The notes below the pieces were generated by a model. It saw only the letters and a program-made list of their open reading frames with translations, had not been told where the DNA came from and did no database searches. 64,000 nucleotides of DNA, taken from Trypanosoma brucei. Lineage: Eukaryota. The stretch is taken from the NCBI GenBank assembly GCA_000002445.1, contig CH464491.1, forward strand, positions 544,001 to 608,000, written 5' to 3'. Below, piece by piece: positions 31,558 to 43,226 of this stretch (the first letter of the stretch is position 1; every line of letters starts with the position of its first letter). The translations under genes and the position numbers were made by a program.

Positions 31558-32026
31558 TTGGTTGGCCGCCTAAGTTAGAAGTTGCGCTCCTTCATCCTCT
31601 TTACTTTTACTTTTTTTCCCCACGGCAGTTGATCCTTTCTTTTATTTTCTCCCGGGCATCCGTGGCGTGCTGGTCACATTTGGTGATTATACAGCGATGG
31701 GATATTTAGTCTTTTTTTTTTTAAATGTTATCTCTACTTTTCATATTCCGCAAGAAGTGCATATAAAGGGGAGGTGACATTGATGACCCTATTTATTTTT
31801 TACACTTTGTTCTTTTCTTCTTTTGCGTGTGTGAACGACATTGACTGGTCGAAGGGTGTCCCTCAAAAATTTGTGAAGTAGAGACATTTAATAAGTGGGC
31901 GAAAACTTACCCAAGAATCAGTAGAGGAGAGAGGGGGAAAAGGTTAATAATAATAATAATAATAATTGCTGGTGCTAGGACTGCATACGGGTATATAATT
32001 AAATATACATATAATTGAAGCGCGCG

Positions 32027-33322
32027 ATGGAGGTGGCTGTGGGGCACGTCCGTCATGTGCCGTGCACGGTACCCGACGATCCTGCGAGCCGTATGAGAGC
32101 TATTCGGGAAATCGTTGCTCGGCACTGTGCGCTTTTCATGCAAAAGGGTGGCGATGTAGGCCGATCTCAATGTGCTTCAAATCTGGGCAATAATATTACG
32201 AGCGGCACGTCAAATGGATTCGATGCAGATCGTTTGCAGGTGGTGGCCTTTTCTGGCGGAATAACGAATGAGATGTACCATGTATACTGCGAAGGATGGG
32301 AGGCCCATTCTGTTGTGATGCGTATCTTTGGAAAGGAGACAGAGCGCGTCATATCCCGTGGGGATGAGCTTTTCTACCAGTCATTATTTATTCCGACTTA
32401 TGTTCGCGGCCAGAACTTTTTAGTTTACCAGTACCTTTATCAGTACGAGCCCCTTCCGTTCGTGGAGATGGTAAAAGAGTACGAAAAGATAGCGCGTGGG
32501 ATTGCCTTCTTCCACGTCCGGGCGACACTTGAGGCAAGAAGTGATTATAGTGTCACCCCCGTCGGTGGGGTGGTCGGCGCGGGTGGCGCAACCGTAGGCC
32601 CAACGAATACCTGTTCGCGCTTCGATTTGGAGGAAAATTATATTGTCCATTCCCTCACCGAGTGGGTGGAGCAGGCCCTTTCGGAGACTGTGCAGGAGAA
32701 GGTGGACGCCACAAAACGGGCGACTTATGCATCTGTAGCGCAACAGCTGAAGGAGGAGGCCCAGTGGCTGCTGCCATTGATGCAGAGGCACTCACCTGAG
32801 TTGGGCGAGAGTACGTGCCACAATGACCTGCTCAGCGGCAATATCATGAGGCAGAAAAGTGATGGCGCACTGAAGATTATTGACTTCGAGTATGCAAAAC
32901 GTAATTACTTTCTGTTTGATATAGCCAATCACTTCAACGAGTACACGGGGCTCGAGTGTGACTACGCCACATATTTCCCCTCTGAGGAGCACATGAAAAA
33001 GTTTGTGACCACTTATATGTGTGCTATGCGGGAGGAGCTCGAAAAACATGCTGAGGAGGCGAAGCGTCGGCAACTAACGGATATTATACCGGGACAGCAG
33101 CATTTCTTCATGTGCGATGTGGGAGGTGTTGAGGGGGATAAGCGGATCCATCGCATGGTTCAGCTTGTCAAACTCCTTACCCTCGCTTCTCACCTAAGTT
33201 GGAGTGTTTGGGCCTTACTTCAGGAGGCGGTGTCGAAGACGGACATGGACTTCCTGCGGTACTCGCAGCTCCGACTGTCGCGGTACCTGGAGACGAGGAA
33301 GGAGTTTAGTGCATCTTCATAA
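32027..33322 (+). CDS. Choline/ethanolamine kinase
   Basis: Brenner phosphotransferase motif HNDLLSGNIM and the choline-kinase motif IIDFEYAKRNYFLFDIANHFNE. Track start is TTG; the first ATG is at 32027. Confidence 0.85.
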   Translation: MEVAVGHVRHVPCTVPDDPASRMRAIREIVARHCALFMQKGGDVGRSQCASNLGNNITSGTSNGFDADRLQVVAFSGGITNEMYHVYCEGWEAHSVVMRIFGKETERVISRGDELFYQSLFIPTYVRGQNFLVYQYLYQYEPLPFVEMVKEYEKIARGIAFFHVRATLEARSDYSVTPVGGVVGAGGATVGPTNTCSRFDLEENYIVHSLTEWVEQALSETVQEKVDATKRATYASVAQQLKEEAQWLLPLMQRHSPELGESTCHNDLLSGNIMRQKSDGALKIIDFEYAKRNYFLFDIANHFNEYTGLECDYATYFPSEEHMKKFVTTYMCAMREELEKHAEEAKRRQLTDIIPGQQHFFMCDVGGVEGDKRIHRMVQLVKLLTLASHLSWSVWALLQEAVSKTDMDFLRYSQLRLSRYLETRKEFSASS

Positions 33323-33522
33323 AGGAGGCATAAAGATGTCGGGGTGGTGGTGTAATTGCCTTGCTGAGAGAATCGCACCAACCGTTTGACAGTGATTGCG
33401 GTGTGTCGTATAACGCAACTTGTCGCGGTAGCATTAGCGTAGCAATTATGGTTGCTATCATTACATTTTCTTTTCCCTCTGTTACGTAGCGTCCAAGGCA
33501 CGGCTACACTCCCATATTAAGG

Positions 33523-33542
33523 ATATATATATATATATATAT
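33523..33542. repeat. (AT)n microsatellite
   Basis: atatatatatatatatatat. Confidence 0.9.
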
Positions 33543-34475
33543 GTTGTGTATGAGGGTGCGTCAAGATGTTGCGGTATTAATTGACGGTACCATCTGAATG
33601 TGTTTTGGGCTGCTTCTAAATTTGTCCTTGTTTACGGCTTCTCTGCCATCTCCCCCCCTCAAGGCGGTTCCCCCTTTCCGTATTTCTCATGTGTTGCTCG
33701 TCCCTTTCCTTCCCTGGAGCTATTGGATACCGGTGGAAGGGTTGTTGTGGGGTTGCAGGTGTGTTTCCGTTGGTCATGCAAGGGAAGGGTGAGGAAAAGA
33801 GAGGATAGGAGAGCGGTGGAAGTGAATTGCAATGGTGCCACGTTTGCACTTTTTTGCGCTCTCTTAACATTTTTTTTGTTGATCCTTAGTTCGTTTCTTT
33901 TTTTTTTTTTCGTGCCTACGTCGTGTTAGTGATCGCCACCGCACACCAACTTAGTGTCCCAAATGATACTTCATGGAGGCGGGACGAGTGCCTCGTTCCC
34001 TCCCGTTGCATTTGTGTGATTTTTTCTTCGTGGTAGTTCGCGGGTGTTGAAAACATGTGGAGTGGGGGTGTATATGGAGAAGCTGGTGGGTAACGCAACT
34101 GTTCTGGTGAAAAATTGGTAAAAAGAAGCAAAAGAAGGTTCTGTTTGGGCAATGGCTGTAGAATGTCAAGGATAAGTAAAACGTGCCGTGTGCTTGTGTG
34201 CATTGTAAAGGTTATCATTAAGTACCGTAAATGAGATGTTGGATGAGGGGATACTTCCTTGGCTATGTAGGGCTTCTCATTTTTCTCATTGTTCATTTTT
34301 ATTGCATCAATGACATGTGAATTTTCAACTTTTTTGTGCGCCTTTTGACAACTATAAGGAAGGGAGGGGTGAAGCTACACACAGGTCGCACACAGCGACG
34401 CGTGCCGACTGCTGGCGCGTTCCGGAGGAACGCAGCGAAGAATCGAATAGGGAAAAAGAAGGATCAACTTTTTAC

Positions 34476-36380
34476 ATGTTTCAAATTGATGTCACCGACG
34501 TTTATTCCGCTCAAACGGAAACAGAGATAGCAAGGCTGTTTGCTTTAGCTGCAAACAGCGATTTCCCCTCCGAGACTCCCACCATCGAAGTGCGTTTACT
34601 GCTGCAAACAGAGAAGGATGGTTCTCAACCGACAGGTGATGTATGGACCCGGCAGGAGCGTGACACGCTGCTACTGTGTTTGGATCGCTCCGTCTCGCGT
34701 GTTTACCCTCCGCTCGACCCACTACAGTACACGCAACCACCACCGGAACTGGAGGTGCGTAACGGGAAACGGGTGGCGCGTATATACGTTACACCAACAG
34801 TCCGTTTGTTTTCCTTTCATTCAACTCCACACTGTGTTGAGGGACGCATGGGTACAGCAAATGGGACTCCTCCTAGTTTACTCACTCCCTTCGCTGAAGG
34901 TGAAGGTGTTAAAGCGAGCGGGGAATTCGAAGACTTTGCCGTTTCTCGGAGTCGGTGGAGGGTTGCTGCGTGGCTGACTGCCCGATTGTTCAATGAGAGT
35001 AGTTGGGTTTCTACCTGTCCCTGTGGTGGACTAAACAATGGGGATGGCACTGTCGCCGTACCTGCTGAGAGGTGTAGTGACGTTATTGATGCTGCAGAGT
35101 GTGACGGGCAAAAGCGGTTGCTTCATGTGGATGTGGCAGGGATGGAGTTCGTTGGGCTCATCACAGCTGTTACGTCACGGTATGCATACGTGGCTGTACC
35201 ACATGAAGAGGAAGGCCAACTGGCTACTAAGTGGGTCCTTGTCAGCCGTGTTAGCGTACCGCCCGCGCTGGAACGCATTGTGGGAAGAGAAACTGTGAAG
35301 AGGCCGAGGGAGGACAGTGAAAGGTCCCGGAGAGAAGAATTTGTGTATGAAAGGGAAGTTATATCTCATGACAACACCCCTTTCAGAGTGCTGCGTGTGG
35401 AGGAGCGTTTGTTGGTCACGCTGCGTGCGCACAAAGTGTATTGCACAAAGCAAAGGCCGGTGTTAGGTCTTCCTAGGGCGGTTTCCGTCTTATTTGAAGA
35501 CGTGGCTGTGGTGAAGAAGGTGGCTGACAGTCTCACTGATGGCGGTGACAGTACCAAAGTTATTCACAAATCATGTTGTAATTCATTTGCGGACGTCCTT
35601 GAAATTGTGAGGGGAAGCTGCAAGCGTTTTCTGCGGGGTTATACCAAATATAAGTTAAACACCAACGGACCTGCGGTCGAGCGCTTATTTAGCGCCCTGA
35701 CCGATACCGTCTCGGTGCAGTCTGTCTGTCACGGTGCGGGGACCCGGCGGCGGCGGCAGCGGCCACCCGTCACTGTCTCGTCTCCACGGGACATCTCTTC
35801 GCTTTATGAGGGAACTTGTGTTGAGTTCAAGGCGAAGGCGAACAAATGGGAGGCCAACTCTATTGAGGATTTCGTTGAGACGGATGTCTTTGGTGATGCG
35901 AGCGCAAGTGCCGGCGGTAATTACCGAAGCACTTCGAGGAAAACGGGCTGCATGAATATGGAGCGTATTCGGCACACCATTGCTGCCATGGCGAGCACGC
36001 TGGGCGGTGTCCTCCTTGTGGGTGTAAGCGACGACGGTAAGGTGTTGGGCCACAGTCCCGATGCGCTGAAGGAACTTCGACTGACTGGCTTCTGCCCAGC
36101 AATGCCGAAGGGCACGGTACAATGTACAACGATGCGAGCTGTGTCGGAAGATGCCCCAGTGACGTTACCAAAGGAATGGTGGAAGAATAAGACTCAGAAT
36201 ATTGGGCAGCGGGTTAATCAGCAGACCAATCTTGTGGTAACAGTGATCACGGTTTCCAGAGGACCAGCCCCAGTCTATACCGTGGCGCGCCACTCTGTGC
36301 CATACATCCGCGGGTTTGCCAGCACCCTCCCACTACATGTCATTTCCGTTACGCGACGTATAACTCCTCTACTGCCATAA
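34476..36380 (+). CDS. Hypothetical protein with C-terminal Schlafen/AlbA_2-like domain
   Basis: CVEFKAKANKW ... IRHTIAAMASTLGGVLLVGVSDDGKVLGHSP matches the AlbA_2 (PF04326, divergent AAA/Schlafen) consensus E..EFK ... iaAfaNt.GG.lliGV.DdG.v.G. Track start 34317 is GTG; the first ATG is at 34476. Confidence 0.55.
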   Translation: MFQIDVTDVYSAQTETEIARLFALAANSDFPSETPTIEVRLLLQTEKDGSQPTGDVWTRQERDTLLLCLDRSVSRVYPPLDPLQYTQPPPELEVRNGKRVARIYVTPTVRLFSFHSTPHCVEGRMGTANGTPPSLLTPFAEGEGVKASGEFEDFAVSRSRWRVAAWLTARLFNESSWVSTCPCGGLNNGDGTVAVPAERCSDVIDAAECDGQKRLLHVDVAGMEFVGLITAVTSRYAYVAVPHEEEGQLATKWVLVSRVSVPPALERIVGRETVKRPREDSERSRREEFVYEREVISHDNTPFRVLRVEERLLVTLRAHKVYCTKQRPVLGLPRAVSVLFEDVAVVKKVADSLTDGGDSTKVIHKSCCNSFADVLEIVRGSCKRFLRGYTKYKLNTNGPAVERLFSALTDTVSVQSVCHGAGTRRRRQRPPVTVSSPRDISSLYEGTCVEFKAKANKWEANSIEDFVETDVFGDASASAGGNYRSTSRKTGCMNMERIRHTIAAMASTLGGVLLVGVSDDGKVLGHSPDALKELRLTGFCPAMPKGTVQCTTMRAVSEDAPVTLPKEWWKNKTQNIGQRVNQQTNLVVTVITVSRGPAPVYTVARHSVPYIRGFASTLPLHVISVTRRITPLLP

Positions 36381-36919
36381 CATAAACCTTAAAAAAGCAA
36401 CAACAACAACATATCATTCGTTTACTTTTCGTTATTCACTAATCGACCGCTATGGTGGTACGTTCCGTTTAAATATGGTGTGGTGGCAGCAGACCCGTCC
36501 GAGGCTTTGTTGTGAGAGTGCGGCACTTGGCTCTGTTGAGTTTTTTCTGTTCTGTGATTTCGGTAGTGCTCGCACCGTCTGGTAAGTACGGTACTTTGCG
36601 TTTATTTTTTTAAATTATACTTCCACCACCCCTACTGTTTTTCTTTGAGGGAACAAGGTCATTAAGGATAGCTTGTAGTTGTTGCACCCAGCGGCCTGCA
36701 CACACGAGGGCACACAGGGTTTTTTTAATTTTTCTTCCACCATAACTTTTTTCACAATTTGCGAGTTGGGTGCCCCTTTTGGTTGCCACTTAGGTAACAT
36801 TCTTGTCACCGCATTACACAACATTGGTGTGGAAGTGGCGTGGAAAGATCAGTTTCCATTTCTGTAAATTATTTGTGAACCTCAGAGCGTGTAAGCGTAT
36901 ATTTTCGTTTTTGGGAGTG

Positions 36920-37564
36920 ATGTCATTCATGTCATTGTTTCAGCGTGAGAGGCCGGAGGAAGCAATGCGAAAATACAAACGTGGTCTAGACCGAACAGTG
37001 GTCGAATTAGACAGAGAGAGGAACAAACTCCAGCAGCAGGAAAGCCGTACAACGATCGAGATGAAGAAAATGGCCAAACAAGACCAAATTGATTCGGTCC
37101 GCATTCTTGCCAGGGATTTGGTACGCACACGAAAGTATCAGCAGAAGTTATACCGTATGCGAGCACAGATTCAAGGGGTGGCGCTGCGCATTCAAACTAT
37201 GCAATCCACCGCTCAAATGGCCAGCGCAATGAAGGGTGTGGCCAAGTCTATGGCTAGTATGAACCGGAGTATGAATCTACCGCAGATGCAACGTGTCATG
37301 CAAGAGTTTGAGAAACAAAACGAATTGATGGGGATGAAAGAGGAGATGATGAATGACATGATAGACGATGTGATGGATGATGAGGGTGAGGAGGAGGATG
37401 AAACTGAATTGGAGATTCAGAAGGTTATGGACGAGGCGGGGTTGGAGTTCAAAAACAAGGTTGGCGTGGCAGACAGCGCTCTGCCGAAACAGGGAGCCAA
37501 TGACGTAGGTGAAGATAAAGAACTTGACGCGAGGGTAGCTGCTCTTCGGGCGGCTATGAAGTAA
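36920..37564 (+). CDS. VPS2: ESCRT-III subunit Vps2/CHMP2 (Snf7 family)
   Basis: Near-collinear similarity to CHMP2A: LDRERNKLQQQE...MKKMAKQDQIDSVRILARDLVRTRKY...MKGVAKSMASMNRSMNLPQMQRVMQEFEKQNELMGMKEEMMNDMIDDVMDDE. Track start is TTG; ATGs lie at 36920 and 36929. Confidence 0.9.
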   Translation: MSFMSLFQRERPEEAMRKYKRGLDRTVVELDRERNKLQQQESRTTIEMKKMAKQDQIDSVRILARDLVRTRKYQQKLYRMRAQIQGVALRIQTMQSTAQMASAMKGVAKSMASMNRSMNLPQMQRVMQEFEKQNELMGMKEEMMNDMIDDVMDDEGEEEDETELEIQKVMDEAGLEFKNKVGVADSALPKQGANDVGEDKELDARVAALRAAMK

Positions 37565-38113
37565 CTCACGGTTTTTCTCACTCGTCTGCTTATGACACTC
37601 CTGCTTTACGTGTACCCTATTCCCCCTTCTTTTTGCCAGTGCTTCCCCTAATTCTCATCAGTTCACTTTCCCTTCTCCTTATTAGCTTTGAACGTTTGCT
37701 GCAGACGATGTTTTTTTTTTGTTTTGCGCTACGGGAAATAGTAACTTGCAACGTTTCTCCTTCACCGCTTTGTTTAAAATGTGTACTGAGAGGGGAATGC
37801 CGGTGGGGTGTCCATAGGTTGTGACTTTGTGCGTTTTTTTTCTTGTTGTAGGAGGAAGTCGAAACTTTACAACTTCACTGTGCAGCATTTTTGACTTTTA
37901 TTGTTTCAGCTCCCGGGAAGAATTAGCTGTCCCATAAACTTCTCATTATGGTGCATACGCGTGCGATTTGGTTGGGGGGGGCAAAGGGAGAATTTGATGC
38001 GTGTGTGTTGGGTTTGGTGACCGACAGTTTTTCATAGGGAGAGCGTTTTACTAAATGGGTTGAGTTTGCTGCAGCATGTTAATTTAAGCACAGCATGCAC
38101 AAATATACATAAG

Positions 38114-38140
38114 TATATATATATATATATATATATATAT
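38114..38140. repeat. (TA)n microsatellite
   Basis: tatatatatatatatatatatatatat. Confidence 0.9.
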
Positions 38141-38429
38141 GCATTTGTCCGGCGTTGCTCCCCTTAATGCTGTTGCTGTACTTTACGTTTTTTCCTTCCC
38201 ACCAGTGTTCCCATAGTCCGCTGTCCAACCCTTCTAGGTGTGGCACCGACAAAAGGTGAGTCAGGAGTACAGGTGCTGCTTGAAGGGAGCGCACCTCACA
38301 GTTTACGAACAAGCAGCGAGAAAAAAAGGGACTCCCAAACATTTAGAGGGCCACCAGCTTTTCCTTATATAGGTTCATCGTTAGTTACGCACAGATACCT
38401 AAAATAGGCATATAAACATCCCTTAAAAA

Positions 38430-40796
38430 ATGACTCGAGAAGAGGAGGTATTGGATCTGGGAAAACGATGGTATGAGCGGCCACTCCCTCTACGGGTATG
38501 CAGCCTGAAGGAAGTGGCCAACGACACCACAACGAAGGAGGAGATGGATGCCATGTTCAGTGAAGCGCGGGATATACTCAACCAAGCTACCAACAGGGGT
38601 CACTCAGACAAGGGGCGGTGGTACAACACACAGTTTATCTCACGCGGTACAACTTCGGACAAAATCGCTTCTGCTGCCGTAAAGTTGAGTGACACGGACT
38701 TTATGTTCTTTCTTGAAGGTTTTAATCTTCTGTTTGACACCGCTCGTACGGATACCCACCACTACGAGGCCGCACTGAAAGCACTTGCAGTCATTTGGAC
38801 GAAGCTAATGCCCCGGCGGCCACTGAAGCGGTTTTTTTCCCAGTTCTTTGCCACGCTGCCAGCGAACCCCGCGGATAGGAAAGTTGTTCTTGTATATTGG
38901 TATCTCGAGGATTACCTGAAGCGCACATATGCGCAGTTTCTTTCGCTCGCAGAGGCGATGCTGAAGGATCGTCTGCAGCAGCGTCGCGAAGCATGGTTAG
39001 ATGTGGTTGGAAAGCTTATATGTAACGTTGCCGAGAGCCGCCACGTAGCGATGGCATTAATGGTGGATAAGTTGGGAGATCCGGCGGCACGTGTTGCGCA
39101 CAATGCCTACCATCACCTGCTTGCCCTTCTGCGTGACTCTTCCATTCATCAGGGGGTACTCTTTGTCGAACTTGAGAAGGTAATTTTTATGAAGAACTGC
39201 CCCAAATCCACAATGAAATATGCAACCAACGTTATGAATCAGTTCGTTTACAATAAGGATGAACGGAAACTTGCCTTAAAAGCTATCCAAACATATCTTT
39301 CCATTTTCCGTCAGCTGGCAATCAGTGGTTCTGTGGATCTCTCCGTGACGACAGCTACCATCGTTGGCCTTCGGCGTGCCTTTCCTTATGCTGGCACAGA
39401 TGTTGCCTCGCTAGAGGAGCACCTTAACGCACTATTTGTCATCGCTAACACCGGGAACTTTACACAGCGTGTCACTACGATGTCCTTACTGCAGCTTGTC
39501 GCACTTGGGAAAAGCGCTACGGAGGAGTTTCGTAACCGTTGGTACAGGGCTCTGTACAAGCTACTGCTCATTTCACCAAAGCAGGTATCTCACTCTGCTC
39601 ACATAACGGGTTTCTTCTCGATGCTGCATAAAGCAGTGCGCTTGGACACTAATGACGACAGAATAGCAGCATTCATTCATCGCCTTCTCCAGCGGGCATT
39701 GTTTTTCCATGAATCAATGATATGCGCCATTCTTTTGTTGGTTGGTGACGTGCTGCAAGCTCACCCTCGTCTCCGCTCAGTAATCTTGGGATCCCGCAGA
39801 CCGCCGGTCGTACCAGCAGAGGAGCGTTATGACGTGAAACATCGCGAACCGCAGTATGCGCGGGCAAAGAACGAGTGCTTGTACACACTGGGTGTCCTGG
39901 CGCGCCATTCGCATCCCTCCGTAGTACAGTTGGCTGTGATGTTACTTTTCGGTGAGGAAATTATTTTTGACAGCCACCCTCTAGATGAGCTCACACTAAT
40001 AAACTTCCTGCAAATGTTTGTGGATGCGAAGGCCCACACCCAGCATGGGATAGACAGCGACGTAGCCGCGGCCGAAGCCGTAGGTAAGGCGGGGTCCTCA
40101 GTGTTCCGTCGCGCAACTCACCGGGCGAACCTCCCCAGCGCATCGGATCCTTTTTTTATCAACTCAAGCGTCCAACAAGTTGATGTGTCGGCGTTATTTC
40201 TTCACCGCTACGCCGTGCAACGTCAACGCTTCATTGATGGCCTTTCCCGGGTGCGGTCCACGTGGGGTGACGCGAGTGGCGAGGCGGACGTGGCACTCCG
40301 CGTGTCGGATGTGGACGCATCACTTTTTGGACCTTCTGGCGTGCTTGGGGATCCAGCAGTATCCAAGAAAAAGAATAAGCGTGCAAAGAAGAAGAAGGAA
40401 CGGTTGAAAGAGAAACTTAAGGAAGGAGCTGTGCTCGACGAGTGTGTGGAGGCCATTGGTAGCGAAGAGGTTGAAGGCGGCGAGGATAATTTTTTCGATA
40501 TGGAAGGTAGTGAAGGCGACTTGGAGTGGGGAAGCGGGGATGAGGGAGTAATGATGGACGATGATGAGGATGGGGATGACGGTAATGAAAGGGACGATGA
40601 TGGCGTGGGTTTGGCGCTTAGTCGTCGGGAAAATGCTGATGTTGATGATGGAGAGGACCTTGCAGAGATGCTGGAGGCTCACCGTAACGTTGCGTCTAAG
40701 AAGCGGAGGCGTGAAGAGGCTTGGTTGGAGCGAGTGACGTCGGCAGCAGGTACTAAAGGACCAAACCGAAGGTCCTTTGTGAGCAGAAGGCGGTAA
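38430..40796 (+). CDS. CBF/Mak21-family nucleolar protein (Noc1/CEBPZ-like)
   Basis: CBF-domain signature RWYRALYKLLL...FFSMLHKAVRLDTNDDRIAAFIHRLLQRALFFHESMICAILLLVGDVLQAHP, an acidic D/E-rich C-terminal tail and a KKKNKRAKKKKERLKEKLK NLS-like block. Confidence 0.65.
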   Translation: MTREEEVLDLGKRWYERPLPLRVCSLKEVANDTTTKEEMDAMFSEARDILNQATNRGHSDKGRWYNTQFISRGTTSDKIASAAVKLSDTDFMFFLEGFNLLFDTARTDTHHYEAALKALAVIWTKLMPRRPLKRFFSQFFATLPANPADRKVVLVYWYLEDYLKRTYAQFLSLAEAMLKDRLQQRREAWLDVVGKLICNVAESRHVAMALMVDKLGDPAARVAHNAYHHLLALLRDSSIHQGVLFVELEKVIFMKNCPKSTMKYATNVMNQFVYNKDERKLALKAIQTYLSIFRQLAISGSVDLSVTTATIVGLRRAFPYAGTDVASLEEHLNALFVIANTGNFTQRVTTMSLLQLVALGKSATEEFRNRWYRALYKLLLISPKQVSHSAHITGFFSMLHKAVRLDTNDDRIAAFIHRLLQRALFFHESMICAILLLVGDVLQAHPRLRSVILGSRRPPVVPAEERYDVKHREPQYARAKNECLYTLGVLARHSHPSVVQLAVMLLFGEEIIFDSHPLDELTLINFLQMFVDAKAHTQHGIDSDVAAAEAVGKAGSSVFRRATHRANLPSASDPFFINSSVQQVDVSALFLHRYAVQRQRFIDGLSRVRSTWGDASGEADVALRVSDVDASLFGPSGVLGDPAVSKKKNKRAKKKKERLKEKLKEGAVLDECVEAIGSEEVEGGEDNFFDMEGSEGDLEWGSGDEGVMMDDDEDGDDGNERDDDGVGLALSRRENADVDDGEDLAEMLEAHRNVASKKRRREEAWLERVTSAAGTKGPNRRSFVSRRR

Positions 40797-41452
40797 ATAC
40801 GAATGCAGAGGGAAAATTGGAGGGGCTGAGGAAGAGGAAGCGGCTGCGAAAGCGCTGCTGCAGTGTCGCCAATGCAGTCGTTTTGGGTGAAGGTGCCTCA
40901 TTCATTAGGCTAACTTTCCTCCACTTTCCTCGTCGCTGTGACTTTTGTGGTTCCGTGGTCTCTCGGGGGTTACAATACTAGTTCGATGCGGGTGGTTGGG
41001 GTTAGGTGTGGTAAAGACTCCATTTTTAGGAGGCATGAAAGGCCAAGTAATTTTAAGAGAAAAAATTCTCACAAGAGAGTAAACATAAAGAGATATTGCC
41101 TAGTTGATCGGTTAAGTTGGTAACGCATGCAAAATTAGTGTTGAATATCTAATTGTTAAAAAATAAGTTACCCTTCACCTACGATTAAGTCTCATTGTCA
41201 TGCGCTGTGGCATATTCGTGTGCACCCGAAAGCGGGTAAATCCACACTTTAATTTTACCCCATGTATCTGTCCTTATCTCACTTTCGCCTCTTATTTTTT
41301 TTTCAATTTTCGGATTTAGTGACCCGCATCCAAACAAACTATATTTTGCTTCCGTTTTTTCTTTATTCCCCTCGCGTTTTTTTTTGTATAGCTTGTTTTC
41401 TCGCTTTTTCGTCTCGAGTAACGAAGAAACCGAATACGGATCTTCAGGAGTG

Positions 41453-42457
41453 ATGCAAACGACCGGTGAGCTTACCCTGAAGCAGCAACTGCAACAGTCC
41501 GGAAGCAAAGGAAATGACGAGTTGCTTGGACGTCTCATGAGCCTTTACCGAGCTCTTTGCGTTCGCCATGATGAAGTTGGACAGGAGATGTTGCTCAATG
41601 ATATTCTGGCACTGCTGACACTCAACCATCAACACGACCTGGCAGAGCGTGTCATTGCCACATGCGAGATTAGTCTTCCTCATCGCTCTAATAACCAGGC
41701 CGCACGTTACTTTTATTACGTTGGCTTGACCCATGCACTGCGGTTAGGATACGTTGAAGCCGACCAGTTCCTTCAATACGCCCTGCGTAAGGCCCCGGAA
41801 CGGGCATCTGGCTTTCGCGTTGCAGCAACCAAGTTGTCCCTTGTTGTCCAGTTACTCCTTGGTGAGATCCCGCCGCGCTCTGACTTTCTCCAGAAGGATA
41901 TGCGTGAGTGTCTATCTCCCTACCTACAACTCACATCTTGCGTGCGTTTCGGACAGTTAGGTCGTTTCATGTCCATTCTTCAGCAGCATAAGGCCATCTT
42001 TGAGCACGATCGTACGTACTCTCTCATACTGCGCGTGAGGCAGCACGTGATCCGTACAGGTCTCCGCCGTATCTGTCAGGCATACAGCCGCATTAGTATT
42101 CCCGACGTCTGTGCCAAGCTATCTATGGAGAACCCAGATGATGCAGAATACATCATTGCAAAGGCTATTCGAAGCGGTGTAATAGATGCTGTTATTGATC
42201 ACGAGCAACGGCACCTAATCAGCAGCGAAACGGTGGACGTGTACTCTACCTCCGAGCCACTTCTTGCCCTTCAGCGTCGCATACAATTCCTGAATGCCAC
42301 CCACAACGAAGTGAAACGGTCTATGCGGTACTCTGCTGCGGACCCGGATTTGGAGGAGGAGCGACGCAAGGTGGATCGTGAGGAAATGGACAGTCTCCTA
42401 AGGGCCATAGAGGATGAGGAACTTGGTGGTGCTGACTTCGAAGACGGCCTACCGTAA
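41453..42457 (+). CDS. RPN3: 26S proteasome regulatory (lid) subunit RPN3 (PCI domain)
   Basis: AYSRISIPDVCAKLSMENPDDAEYIIAKAIRSGVIDAVIDHEQRHLISSETVDVYSTSEPLLALQRRI aligns closely with human PSMD3 [68 protein letters not shown]. Track start is TTG; the first ATG is at 41453. Confidence 0.8.
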   Translation: MQTTGELTLKQQLQQSGSKGNDELLGRLMSLYRALCVRHDEVGQEMLLNDILALLTLNHQHDLAERVIATCEISLPHRSNNQAARYFYYVGLTHALRLGYVEADQFLQYALRKAPERASGFRVAATKLSLVVQLLLGEIPPRSDFLQKDMRECLSPYLQLTSCVRFGQLGRFMSILQQHKAIFEHDRTYSLILRVRQHVIRTGLRRICQAYSRISIPDVCAKLSMENPDDAEYIIAKAIRSGVIDAVIDHEQRHLISSETVDVYSTSEPLLALQRRIQFLNATHNEVKRSMRYSAADPDLEEERRKVDREEMDSLLRAIEDEELGGADFEDGLP

Positions 42458-43226
42458 CCGCTAACAGCGGAGTGGCGCAGGACTGGAGGGAGAAAGAAAA
42501 GGTAAAGGGATGTGTATGGATAGGAGAAAACAAGGAAAGAGAATGAAACGTTGCAAAGGTGGTTTGCCACACAGATCGTTGGGTCGGGGCCTCTAGGTAC
42601 TAGTTGTGAGGTGTAACTCGTCGTGCTAAAGGTAATGTCCATATGAGATCACAAGACTTTTTTTGAGCGCGCAGAAGAAAAACCAGAAGGTGGTTTCAGG
42701 ATTTTCACCAAGAGTTGAGGTGCATCTCCCGCTTAGTCATTACATCGAAGGGAGGGCTGCTGTGCACTGAGCACTGACAAAAGGCTGTCAAACGAATTTG
42801 AGCTGTCACCACTTAGCATGTGTAGGCATACAGTTGAGCAGACATGCGTCAGCGTCAATGCGTTCTTATGTGTAAATTTCCTTTTGTTGCTACCTCCCAT
42901 TAACTACCCACGGTGTACTTTGAGTGACGCAAATCTCAGGAAGTCTGCACTCCTCTCTATTTGTCGATTCTTACCTTTGTTCCTCACACGAATGGGATTC
43001 TCATTTCCCCTGTAGCACGGGATTCAAGTTAAATTGCATTGTTCGACAGATGCAGCGGTACTATTCTCGTTTAATTTTCTTTTCTATTTTTCTTTTATCT
43101 CACCCCTTTCCCTACTCTTTCTGACACACACTTATACATATATATTCACGCAGTCGTTTCGGGATACCACAGACTGTGTGCAAACAAGTCTCCTTATTGG
43201 GGCGAATATAGATAGATCAGTGGGCG

